Source of the DNA: Paraphysomonas bandaiensis
Taxonomy: Eukaryota > Protista > Chrysophyceae
DNA: 64,000 nt
Reading direction: 5' to 3'
Assembly: GCA_965644295.1 (NCBI GenBank)
Contig: CBFFRP010000428.1
Coordinates: 76,038-140,037, forward strand
Shown: in pieces, positions 53,961-64,000 of the stretch
Layout of the letters: each line of letters opens with the position of its first letter
How positions within the stretch are numbered: position 1 is the stretch's first letter
Position numbers and translations under genes: made by a program
Notes under the pieces: model-generated
Told to the model about the DNA's origin: nothing
What the model saw: only the letters and a program-made list of their open reading frames with translations
Databases searched by the model: none

Positions 53961-56881
53961 ATGTTTTTATCCATAGTCAGTCTGTCTTTAGGCATCTCAG
54001 CCGTCCTTGGCGCGTCTGGTGTTGACCTATCTCTGGTGTCTGCGGTGTCGGGGGGTCACTCAGCGTTGGTTCGTTATTCGGAGGGCTCGTCGAGCTGGTT
54101 GTTATTTCCCGATCAGACGAATCTGCACCTCAACAGCGCATCAGGAAACACTGTTGACGACTCCGATGCAATTGTTCATCATGATGATGCGTTCTGGAAG
54201 GTTCATGCGGATAGTTTAGGTCTGAGAGAGGATGCGGATATGGTCCTTGTGAGGGAGTGGATGGGCGGCCCACGAACAACACACAGACGATACCAACAGA
54301 TGATTAATGGGGTGCGTGTCTTTGGTGGTGAGTTTATCATGACCATTGGGGCCCATGGTGGTGTCTTGCACGCCCACGGTCTGCCTCTAAGATCTGTCGA
54401 TGTGAGCAGCTATGACTGGCACAGTGTGATTCAGGAAGCTTCGAGTGCACTTCCCGATGTGACTCGTGCTGTTAAATCGCACTTACAAGCGCGTTATAAC
54501 ATTGATTCATTTGTGAAATTGGTTGCTCCTATTGAGCTTGTGTGGCACATGTCTCAGATGGGCGTAGGAAAGAATGGCATCTCGACACTTGCCTACTATG
54601 TAAATGGTGTTTCTGAAGGTGGCCAGTTTTTAGGATTTGACGCCTTTGTAGATGTAAAGTCTGGAAATGTTATCAACTTCATTGATAAGACTGCTGAAAT
54701 TGCCCCGTCCCCATTTTCTTCTCCCATTGATGATGCGGATATCTACGTCTATGATCAATATCTGAAAGACTTCAACGACGATGAGGACGATGCCTACAGC
54801 TACTACGAGGACCCAGATAGATATTCTAATTATACACTTGTGTTTGACACCACTTCTGGAGATTACACCTATCCTACGAATGATGCGGAAATGAATTTAC
54901 TTATAGACAACACTTTATATGTTAAATACATGTACTACTCGCTGTCGAATGGAACCTACCTCACTTGGAACGAGACAGATACGGATTTGAATATTGAGTA
55001 CAACCTGTCAATTGCGAATGCTTATTTCGACAGCTACTGGGGCATCCATTTTGGTACTGGGTATATCACCGATGATGTTGTATCTCACGAATGGTCACAC
55101 GGGTATGTTTTTGTCAATTCTGTACTTGCATGGGTCTGCGTGAACATGTATAAAACCTTGATGACCAATGTATCTTAGGTACACTCAGACCGGTTGTGGC
55201 TTGATATATCAGTACGAGTCTGGTGCAATGAATGAAGCTTTCAGTGATATATTTGGTGAATCCGTGGATATTCTTAACCTTGACACCACGGATCCTGATC
55301 ACTTGCGTACTGTCTGGCCCACCTCTTGTCACGAGACTCTGAACAGTGCTTACGGCATTCCACCTGGTGATGATCCTGGAACCCGTTGGTCTATGGGAGA
55401 GAATGTGACAACTCACTACCCCAATAAGGATGGCAGCATTCGTGATATGTATAAGCCAGAGTGTTTCTTCCATCCCAGCACAACTGTTGCGGATTACTAC
55501 TCCTGTACCACTTACGCGGACAATGGAGGAGTGCACAAGAACTCTGGTGTTTTGAATCGTTTGTACTCTGTTCTTGTAGACGGTGGAGAGTACTCTGACC
55601 CTTCGTCGACCACTGGTGGTACTCTTTCGGTGTATGGTCTTGGTATGAACAAAGCGACCAATCTCTTTTGGCGAGCTCACCAGGTTTGTCAACATCCACC
55701 TAGTCTCTTTTTTGTGACCAGCACTAATGTTACACTCATTCCTGATATATACCTAATCTCTGTGTTCAGGAACTGACTCCAACGTCTCAGTACCTTGATT
55801 TTGCTACTGCATTATCTGCTACTTGTACACTCAATATCGGAGCGGAACTCTACTTTCCCAATGTGTTTAACTCCACCATATACGTATTAGACGATACTAT
55901 CACTGCCGCAGATTGTGACAATGTCAATACTGCTATCACTGGTTCTGGAATGGCAGATACTCGCGATTTCTGTCCTAATATCGATTGTGATGAGGATGGG
56001 TATGACTGTGAGTGGGCAAAGTGTCCTGATGCTGATGTGGAGCTATACCACGAGGTACTGCTTAGCTGACTCTATGCTCCATGATTTGTCCTTATTTCTT
56101 CTGGCTAGGATTATGAGTATTTCATGGGAGCTAACAAAGAGGGACAGCTTTCAGCAGCATGTGATAACGCTACAAGCAAGTATGCAAGGTACGGTTTTCT
56201 GCTTTCATTTATCAAAGTGATCCATGTTTACATAGAGTATTCGACCAACAGTCTTTTAACCTTGACGGGTTCAAGTTGTCGTGTATTCAGTTTGGATACT
56301 TTATGGAGGGTGTGACTGATGTAACCATCAATGTTTATATTGATAGCACTGGAGGAGAGCCAGATTACCCCTCTCTGGAACTGATAGCTTCACTGCCTGC
56401 GACCACGATAAACGCTGTATCCGAGATGCAGGTTCAGACTGTGTCGCTAGATAAAGAGCTTGAAATTGAATTTTCTAATGCCGATGAAACTATGGTGGTG
56501 ATTCTCTCTACACCAGTCATGAGTGAAGGATTTATTTTGGGTGGTGGTCAAAGTAATGCTGCAGTCATGGGCAGTGTTGGGGAAACGTACATTGGCGGTG
56601 ACTGTCTCCCAGATTTTGTTCCTTACGATGTATACGCGACAGAGGCGAATCTCACTTCTCAGGTAGAGAACCAGTGGTATGTCAGAGTTCATGGTTCCAG
56701 CACTGAGACGACAAAAAAATCCGACGATGATGATAGTAGCCTCAGCACTGGTGCAATGATCGGTATATCCGTCGCGGCCGCAGTCGGTGGTCTTGCTATC
56801 CTGGGCGGAATCGGTTTTTTCGTATATAAGAAGTACGCGGCCTCAGACAAGGATAACTTGACCGCTAAATTAACTCTCTGA
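53961..56881 (+). CDS. Thermolysin-family (M4) zinc metallopeptidase with signal peptide, propeptide and C-terminal TM anchor (multi-exon)
   Basis: Hydrophobic N-terminus; FTP-like THRRYQQMINGVRVFGGE; PepSY-like FVDVKSGNVI; NAYF, HEWSH, ESGAMNEAFSDIFG, DNGGVHKNSG; TM GAMIGISVAAAVGGLAILGGIGFFVYKK. GT-AG introns. Confidence 0.92.
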
Positions 56882-57279
56882 AGAGTGTGAGCCGTTGCAT
56901 ACATAAGCGGTTAGGCCTACGCACCATCCTCTTTACTCGAATCTAATACGTAGTATGGAGCAATAATATTACTGCCCACTGCAATGTATTGAAGCTTAAA
57001 CAGTTATTCAGGGCTACCATATATGGCGGAGTTTGAAAAATTCTAAGCGATGCTATACTGGTTGTTGTCTGTGATATAGTAATAATTCGATTAATTATTG
57101 GATATAATATACATCTGCGGAACTTTAACGTTCACAACAGTTGACGCCAGGCAAAAACATGTATAGCTAAAATGCTAGTACAGCAGACATGGACTTGGGA
57201 ACAATATACTGTAAGCAAGCTTAACAATATTGGTGCATCGTTCTATCCAGCCGACAAATCAATTTTTCATACAATATAT

Positions 57280-57517
57280 TGTTTATCAGTGATCGACATT
57301 AGGATTACTGGATTACTAATACATAGAAAACTGAACGTCTAACTCATGCGATAATCAACTAGTAGAATTACAACCAATATCTACTATCATTCAACATTCT
57401 CTCTACTACCAATCAATATTATAAGATCTGAGATAGATACGATCTTGTACAGTCAAAGTATTGTAGTTTCACTACCTAGTAGCCTAGGAGAATAGCAATA
57501 CGTAACGTATGTCAACA
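57280..57517 (-). mobile_element. More diverged solo-LTR remnant of the same copia group
   Basis: TGTT...CAACA ends; collinear TCTCTACTAC, ATCTTGTACAGTCA and TCACTAC blocks shared with the copia LTR. Boundaries uncertain. Confidence 0.5.
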
Positions 57518-57736
57518 ACGCATTCCTTGTTGTCACCACTATTCATCATGAGTGCGCGCTGAAAGTAGGTAGAGGTAATAACTGCTATACATTGCACTAC
57601 TGTGCTTCAAGTACATAGAGATGGCAAAATAAAGACGATGACATTGGCTTCAAGGAAGTCCTTCCAAATCTAAACGTAATCTAAAAATCGCAACTGTGAT
57701 TGATGTGCGTGAGAATAACATGTCAGTTTTCTTTTC

Positions 57737-58822
57737 CTAATGAGAGAGCGCCACCATAATTAAGCCAGGGAAAGTAATCATGAATGCAAGAATTAAAGTG
57801 TATATATTTTTCATCCCCACGATTTCCTTGAACAGAAATATCCCATACATAGATCCAATGAAGCCGGGGCCAGAGGTTATGATAGGAAAAGCGATTGCAA
57901 AACCCAGCTTTCCATTAGCTACAAACCAAGCTATTTCCGCCACACCCCACATAAGCCCAGATATAGTCGCTGGAAGGAAAGATGCCGGATTTACATATGG
58001 TTCCTGATTGTGTCGGCGCTTCAGTGCGAAATAAGCAACAGTATACACCCATGAGGCTAGAAGAATACCACAGAAATGCGGGAACACATAATTGAGACTA
58101 TTGTCACTACCGTCTCTGCGATTGTCTATTACCCATTGCGCTGGGTTGAATGAGCACCCGAAGAACACACCAGTAATTGCCGCTGCACAAAGGCCAACCA
58201 CTCTCCGTTGTACTGGACTCCATTCCGACCCAAATGTGTGGCCTTGGTCAGCAGGTTCCGTGTCCCCAGCAACTAAGGGTACTTGTGAATCACCAAGAAC
58301 AAAGCTTCCGATAGCTTTCTGCTCCGCCAGCAAGGAATTGGTCAGATCCGTGTCCACTAAGTCAACACTCTTCATATATCCATGGACCTCGTTGCTTTTC
58401 ACTTGCAGGAACACATAGAGGCCAACTAATGCAAGACTAACTCCGGCATAGTTTAGCGCTGGATTTGATATTTCTTCTTTGTCAAGACCAAACAGACCGA
58501 ATGTTCCAGATGCCCACCCCATAAGCATGTTAAAGCTGCCCCATATGAGCAGACCCATCCCCATCCCTATGAGCTGTATGATAGGGCCGCACATCATATT
58601 GCCCGTACACCACAACACCCCCCCTAGAGTAGCAAGAGAATGAAAGGGAGGGAAGCCCTGTGCTACAATAACAGGGAAGGATGTCATGAATATGGCATTA
58701 CACATAATGAACTGGAAGAACACCCCGTCACCAATACATATGCTCTTAACAGGCACATAATTCGAACCAAAACAGAAGATAGCCACACAACACGCAACAT
58801 AACCCGTCACTGCATCCGACAT
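57737..58822 (-). CDS. TMEM144: Transmembrane protein 144 (DMT-superfamily transporter-like), intronless
   Basis: FGSNYVPVK...GDGVFFQ...GGVLWCTGN...IGMGMGLLIWG...GWASGTFGLFG and FPIITSGPG. Confidence 0.9.
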   Translation of the reverse strand: MSDAVTGYVACCVAIFCFGSNYVPVKSICIGDGVFFQFIMCNAIFMTSFPVIVAQGFPPFHSLATLGGVLWCTGNMMCGPIIQLIGMGMGLLIWGSFNMLMGWASGTFGLFGLDKEEISNPALNYAGVSLALVGLYVFLQVKSNEVHGYMKSVDLVDTDLTNSLLAEQKAIGSFVLGDSQVPLVAGDTEPADQGHTFGSEWSPVQRRVVGLCAAAITGVFFGCSFNPAQWVIDNRRDGSDNSLNYVFPHFCGILLASWVYTVAYFALKRRHNQEPYVNPASFLPATISGLMWGVAEIAWFVANGKLGFAIAFPIITSGPGFIGSMYGIFLFKEIVGMKNIYTLILAFMITFPGLIMVALSH

Positions 58823-58884
58823 ACTCACTAATGACAGTCACCTGCGCGTTATATACACAAATCTGATGAGGAGGATATTACAAA

Positions 58885-59427
58885 CATATACATACATACA
58901 TACATACATACATACATACATACATACATACATACATACATACATACATACATACATACATACATACATACATACATACATACATACATACATACATACA
59001 TACATACATACATACATACATACATACATACATACATACATACATACATACATACATACATACATACATACATACATACATACATACATACATACATACA
59101 TACATACATACATACATACATACATACATACATACATACATACATACATACATACATACATACATACATACATACATACATACATACATACATACATACA
59201 TACATACATACATACATACATACATACATACATACATACATACATACATACATACATACATACATACATACATACATACATACATACATACATACATACA
59301 TACATACATACATACATACATACATACATACATACATACATACATACATACATACATACATACATACATACATACATACATACATACATACATACATACA
59401 TACATACATACATACATACATACATAC
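58885..59427. repeat. (CATA)n microsatellite between the divergent TMEM144 and kinase genes
   Basis: Direct reading, ~135 near-perfect units. Confidence 0.97.
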
Positions 59428-59658
59428 GTAGAGGTGTACGGTCAAGTTAGGCTGGTGTTGTGAGGTGGTGTGTAGTGTGGAGTGTAGTGTGGAGTTGGGT
59501 GTATGGGTGGGATAGTGTTGGGGTGTATGTTTGTGTATGTGTGTGTGGGTTTCTCTGGAGGGTGTGGCTATTTATAGGAATATCTCGACTCGGCATTCAC
59601 CAGCAATGGTCTTGTAGTATATTGAATGCCTTAGTTGTTATCGAGTGTGGTGTTTATT

Positions 59659-62600
59659 ATGGGCGAGAACGACTCGGATGAGTTCTGTTACTCGATATTG
59701 AGCAAGTATCCTGTCGCGGACACCATACCTGGCCTGAACGGCACTATCGGGGTGGTTGCTTTGCTTGTGGGGCTTCTATACTTGTTCAATTCAGCCCTGA
59801 CGATATACTGGATCAGACACCAGAAGTTTCATGCGGAGTTAGGCATAGAGAGGGCCGCCAGACATGTGCGATATCTCACATATGTCTCTGTGTTTCTGAT
59901 GGACTGTATTATAGGTTGTGTTTCCTGTGTACGTGCCGTTTATGTGGGCATCTGCGTTGTCGGATATATGCGTTGCACTGAGCGTCATGTTGGTACCTAT
60001 CGATATGTATGATAGTAATGACTGGACAGCTTCCACAATTGTTAGCATGGCGTGGACTGTGCAGCATGTCGTGACAGAAGGTGTCGCCTTCCTACTTATG
60101 CAGTATGGGTGTGGTCTGGAGGCAGCAAAACGTGCCAGTTTCTATGCATCGATATGGGTAATGAATGCGATTTGCAAAATACAGCTGTCAAATGTTTAAT
60201 ATATATTATAGGGGATCTTCACGTTTCTGTGTCAACTGTACTTTCAGAAAGCTGGCGATAGTAATGGTGCTGTGGCTCTATTGTTGACATGGAACGTCAT
60301 CCTAGTGGTGGCGTATGGTGTTTTGTGGCTGACCCCGGAGGAGCAGCTCTTTCGTCGTGACGCGCTTATTGGCTATTCTAGATTTTGGTTTCTCTTCCGA
60401 TTGATTTCTTTAGTGTCTTCATCTCTACTGGTTGCGGATATATCTAAGGCTGTTGGAGAATGCTTTTATTTCTTTGGGCCAATTTTAATATACATTCTCT
60501 GCAAGCCTTACGTGGTGTATTGGGCATTGCTGTCTGATTCGGTGTGGTGGCAGGGGGTATATCTGCATTCACCTAGCACACGGCGGCTTATGGGGTCATC
60601 AAAAGGTGAAATGATGCGAAATAGGGAGAATTTAGTAAGTCCTCTTTACGGGATCGAAGTGGGTTTCGATGATGCCCAAGAGCTTGGGAGACAGGTGAGC
60701 ATCTGTTACGTTGTCCACATTGCCACTTCTTGATAACAACGCATTGTGTTCTTAAATCTTAATAAATAATGTGGCTTATGTGCCTACAATCGTATTAATA
60801 TTTATGTCTAGGTGGATGTGCTTAGGACGGAAGGCAGAGTAAAGTTACTTAATTTTGCTTACCTTTCATTGGATAAGAAAAGTATGCTGGGATGCGGATC
60901 GTACTCTAAGGTAGATTCCCTGCATGGCGCGTAAATTTAGTATATTTTCTACGGAATACCCTAGTAAATGAGACCTAACATTACTTTAGGTGTACAAAGG
61001 GCGATATCGGGGGACTCCTGTTGCGATAAAATTACTGTTTACCAATGACTTAAATCCGGATGTTATCAAGAGGTCTGTCTATGTGGTTGTGTTGATCGTA
61101 TTGATATGTACGGTAAAATCAGGTGCAGTACTGAGGCGCAATTACTCAGTGAGATCTCCCATCCTAATGTGGTAGAGATATTTGGTGTATCGGTCCTTCC
61201 TCCTAGTGTGTGTATTGTTCTAGAGATTTGTCACTACGGCTCGCTGTCGGATGTTATACGCGGCTCTGTAGGAGGAGGGGTTGTCAGACGTCCCCTACCA
61301 CTTACACACGCCGATAAAATGTTCTTGGCCCTAGGATGTGGGAAAGGCCTCGAAGCATTGCATAACTACAGTCAGTCATTATGTCATAGAGATGTGAAAT
61401 CTTTCAACTTTCTAGGTAGCGTTTCTATGAGTGAATTATATTGATATATGTATGAAATCATGTATATTTCCTACTGTGGCATACGTAAGTGATAAATTTT
61501 ATTCACATATGTAATCAATCTACAGTGGATGGCCAGTTGAATGCCAAAATAGCCGATCTCGAGCTGGGTGGTGTTGAACCAGATCCTCTAGACAGCCCAG
61601 CTCCTGGTGGCCGCACCTCCAGTATCACCTCTGGAACGAGCAATATGAGTAACGAAGGGGGAAATCGGAGCTCATTTAGGTCTTCCAGTACAAAAAGAAG
61701 AAGGGGAAAGGCAAAGGATAATTTTCTCAGTACATGGCTGCCCCCAGAGGTAATATTGTATACGATGTAGTTGCAAATATTGCTGGCACAGAACCTTGTG
61801 TGCTTTAAAAAGGCACACTTATAATTGCTGCTGTATAGGTGATGTTGGGCAGCCCACACACACAGGCATCTGATGTGTATTCCTTGGGTTTGGTCCTTTG
61901 GGAAATACTCTCAGGGAGCATACCCTATCAGAACTTCACCAGACAAGACGATATTAAAAATCATGTGAGTCTACTGTAGTTTGTATGTTTATTTGTACTT
62001 AAGAATCTATATAACTGTACCGTATGTATACTACATATTATGAAGTGTACTATTAAATTGAATGTAGTGAAATATTTACCCACGGCAGGTTCTGGATGGA
62101 TTCCGTCCTCCTATCCCAGCTTCATTTCCAGAGCCTCGATATACGTCTCTGATAACCCGTTGTTGGGATGCTGACCCTTCCGCTCGTCCTGCGATGAGCG
62201 AAGTTGTCATTGCACTGAGAATATGCTGGGAGGGAAGTTTGCATAGGCATCTTTTTTCTACACCTCATCTCGTTGATTTGCCGGTGATCCAAGAGGCGTA
62301 TGATATGGAATGCGAGAGACAAGACTATGTGACTTCAATGAATCAATCCTTCTCGTATTATAGAGGCAGTGCGAGTTCCGTATCAGGAATAGCGTCACCC
62401 AGCAGGGCACCTCCTTCTGCCCGATCGAAGGGTGCACTAGCAAATAGGTTTGTGATATGTCATTGTGCATGCCTAATTCTATTTGATCCTGTAATGTGTG
62501 CCGTACCCAACGATCGCTTCGCATTTGATATCATGCGTAGATTGCCACCGTCAGAAGCAGTGATTAAGGCCCTGGCGCCACTGCAGCAAGAAAAGAAACT

Positions 62601-63756
62601 TCTTACACTGGATACCTTGTGTGGTGCAACTCATGTGTTGGTTTCCAGTGAAAGTCCATATATTGTATTATGGGCGGGAAATAAATGGCCACAGGTTTTT
62701 CAAAACATGCACTATGCGCAGTACTCGTGTATATTCTGCATATCGTAATTCTACATCACGTAGTGCAGACCGTCAAGATACAGTGTATATTTTGTATATA
62801 TGAGTAGCTATGTGAGCTGCTCCCTGTACCTGGCCCTTATGTTTTCCCTGTAGATCACGGGGTATTTCTTGTCTGATGTTTTATGTGGTGACCTCAGCTT
62901 CCTCTCTGGGCCAAGAACAGACAAGTACTTACTTGCACTCATATATACTTATGTAACAATCTGCTTTTTTCTTCAATTGCACATTGACGTGTATGCCATA
63001 TATTCTATGAAGTGATTCGAAAAAAGTGCATCGTGTAAACACTTTGAGGTCACTCTTTTCATGTAATTTGCAGTTTGGCTCTGAGAAATATGCTGGCGGA
63101 GGCGGAAGTTGGACAGCCGGGTCATCGTTTGGTAAATATCTTTTTTATTTGTTTAGTTAGAGATGTATGCGTTGTGGTAAATTTCTGGTGCTGTTGTGTT
63201 ATCTCTACGCTTCGTTGATGATAAAGCTATTGATCATACACACCGTGTGTTTTACCTAACATTTCTTACTTGTGCACAGATCACCATGTACCGGAGAGAT
63301 GGGACGGCGTATATCAATTCACTCCATGTTTTCCCCGTATTTGTGAAGTTCCCAGGAGACAGTAAAAGTTTTGAGGGGCAAGATATAGGATCCTCTGTGC
63401 TTGAGGAGTACATTTCTCGACAATCAGATAGTGGTCATACAGCACCTGATAGTTCACTGAGTGACCGTGCCTCCTTACCAGACACCGATGACTCGGGCAT
63501 TGGAAACCCAATACAAGCTAAGGAACATATCAAACAATCTCAGGCTCCCTCTTTAGCGAGCTCGTCTGGTGGGACCAGAAAACCAAAGAAGTTTACTAAA
63601 GAAGAGATTAGGAATGCTTCAGATCGTTTAAGCCAAGCGAAGCCTCCTGTTATGATGACTTTATCTAATGGGCATCAATACATATCTAGCGACATTCCGA
63701 ATAAAGTAGCTTATATTGCTTTGCAGTTCTCGGTACTTCAAGATCTGAGAGCATGA
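59659..63756 (+). CDS. Seven-TM receptor / TKL-type protein kinase / PAS (LOV-like) fusion protein (multi-exon)
   Basis: About 7 hydrophobic helices in exons 1-3. Kinase LGCGSYSKVYKG, VAIK, HPNVV, HRDVKSFNFL, ADLELG, WLPPE, SDVYSLG, CWDADPSARP. Then IVLWAGNKWPQITGY...CGDLSFLSGPRTD...YRRDGTAYINSLHVFPV. Confidence 0.85.
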
Positions 63757-64000
63757 TAGGAGTTACTTTATGAACAGTGCCTCGTATTATTATTAGAATT
63801 CAGTCATTTGTAATGGATATGTGGCTTCGTTACCTCCGTGAACAATGCACTCATTTGTTCGTAGGTAGTCTGTTATGGAAAACAAGAAATAGAGAAGCAT
63901 TCGTTGATTAGCTAGTAATTATCACTGTTAATAGCTAATTGTGTTAAGTTTTATAATTGTAATAATTTGACGTATTATAAACGTATTACTGTTTACTGTA

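Noticed and set aside
10448-62540. Several stop-free introns of length 3n (48, 48, 48, 48, 54, 57, 93 nt) read through by the ORF track
   Set aside because: Roughly the number expected by chance among several dozen short introns; no evidence of regulated retention.
1-64000. tRNA, rRNA or snRNA genes
   Set aside because: None recognised by eye; a tRNAscan-SE/Infernal run would be needed to exclude them.

Overview
Gene-dense eukaryotic DNA with many short (mostly ~42-57 nt) GT-AG introns. It is probably from a stramenopile protist (inference from a 7TM-TKL kinase and a WW-PH myosin). About 16 host genes are present, 14 of them in seven head-to-head pairs whose shared upstream regions are purine/pyrimidine-alternating, often long (TATG)n arrays. 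Genes: PROSER3-like, CSN4, two inverted ankyrin paralogs, myosin-WW-PH, MARCH6/DOA10, a small coiled-coil protein, COMMD2, COG2, DGAT2-like, two further hypothetical/coiled-coil proteins, an atypical SDR, a membrane-anchored thermolysin-type (M4) peptidase, TMEM144 and a 7TM-kinase-PAS/LOV-like receptor. Mobile DNA: a decayed DD34E Tc1 inside a microsatellite; a young Ty3/gypsy chromovirus inserted in a myosin exon; an intact Ty1/copia with identical LTRs plus diverged related LTR remnants; hAT-type MITEs; and a dispersed non-coding element family with a recurrent HDV-like (R2-type) ribozyme layout at one end. All calls come from reading the sequence by eye; no searches or folding programs were run.
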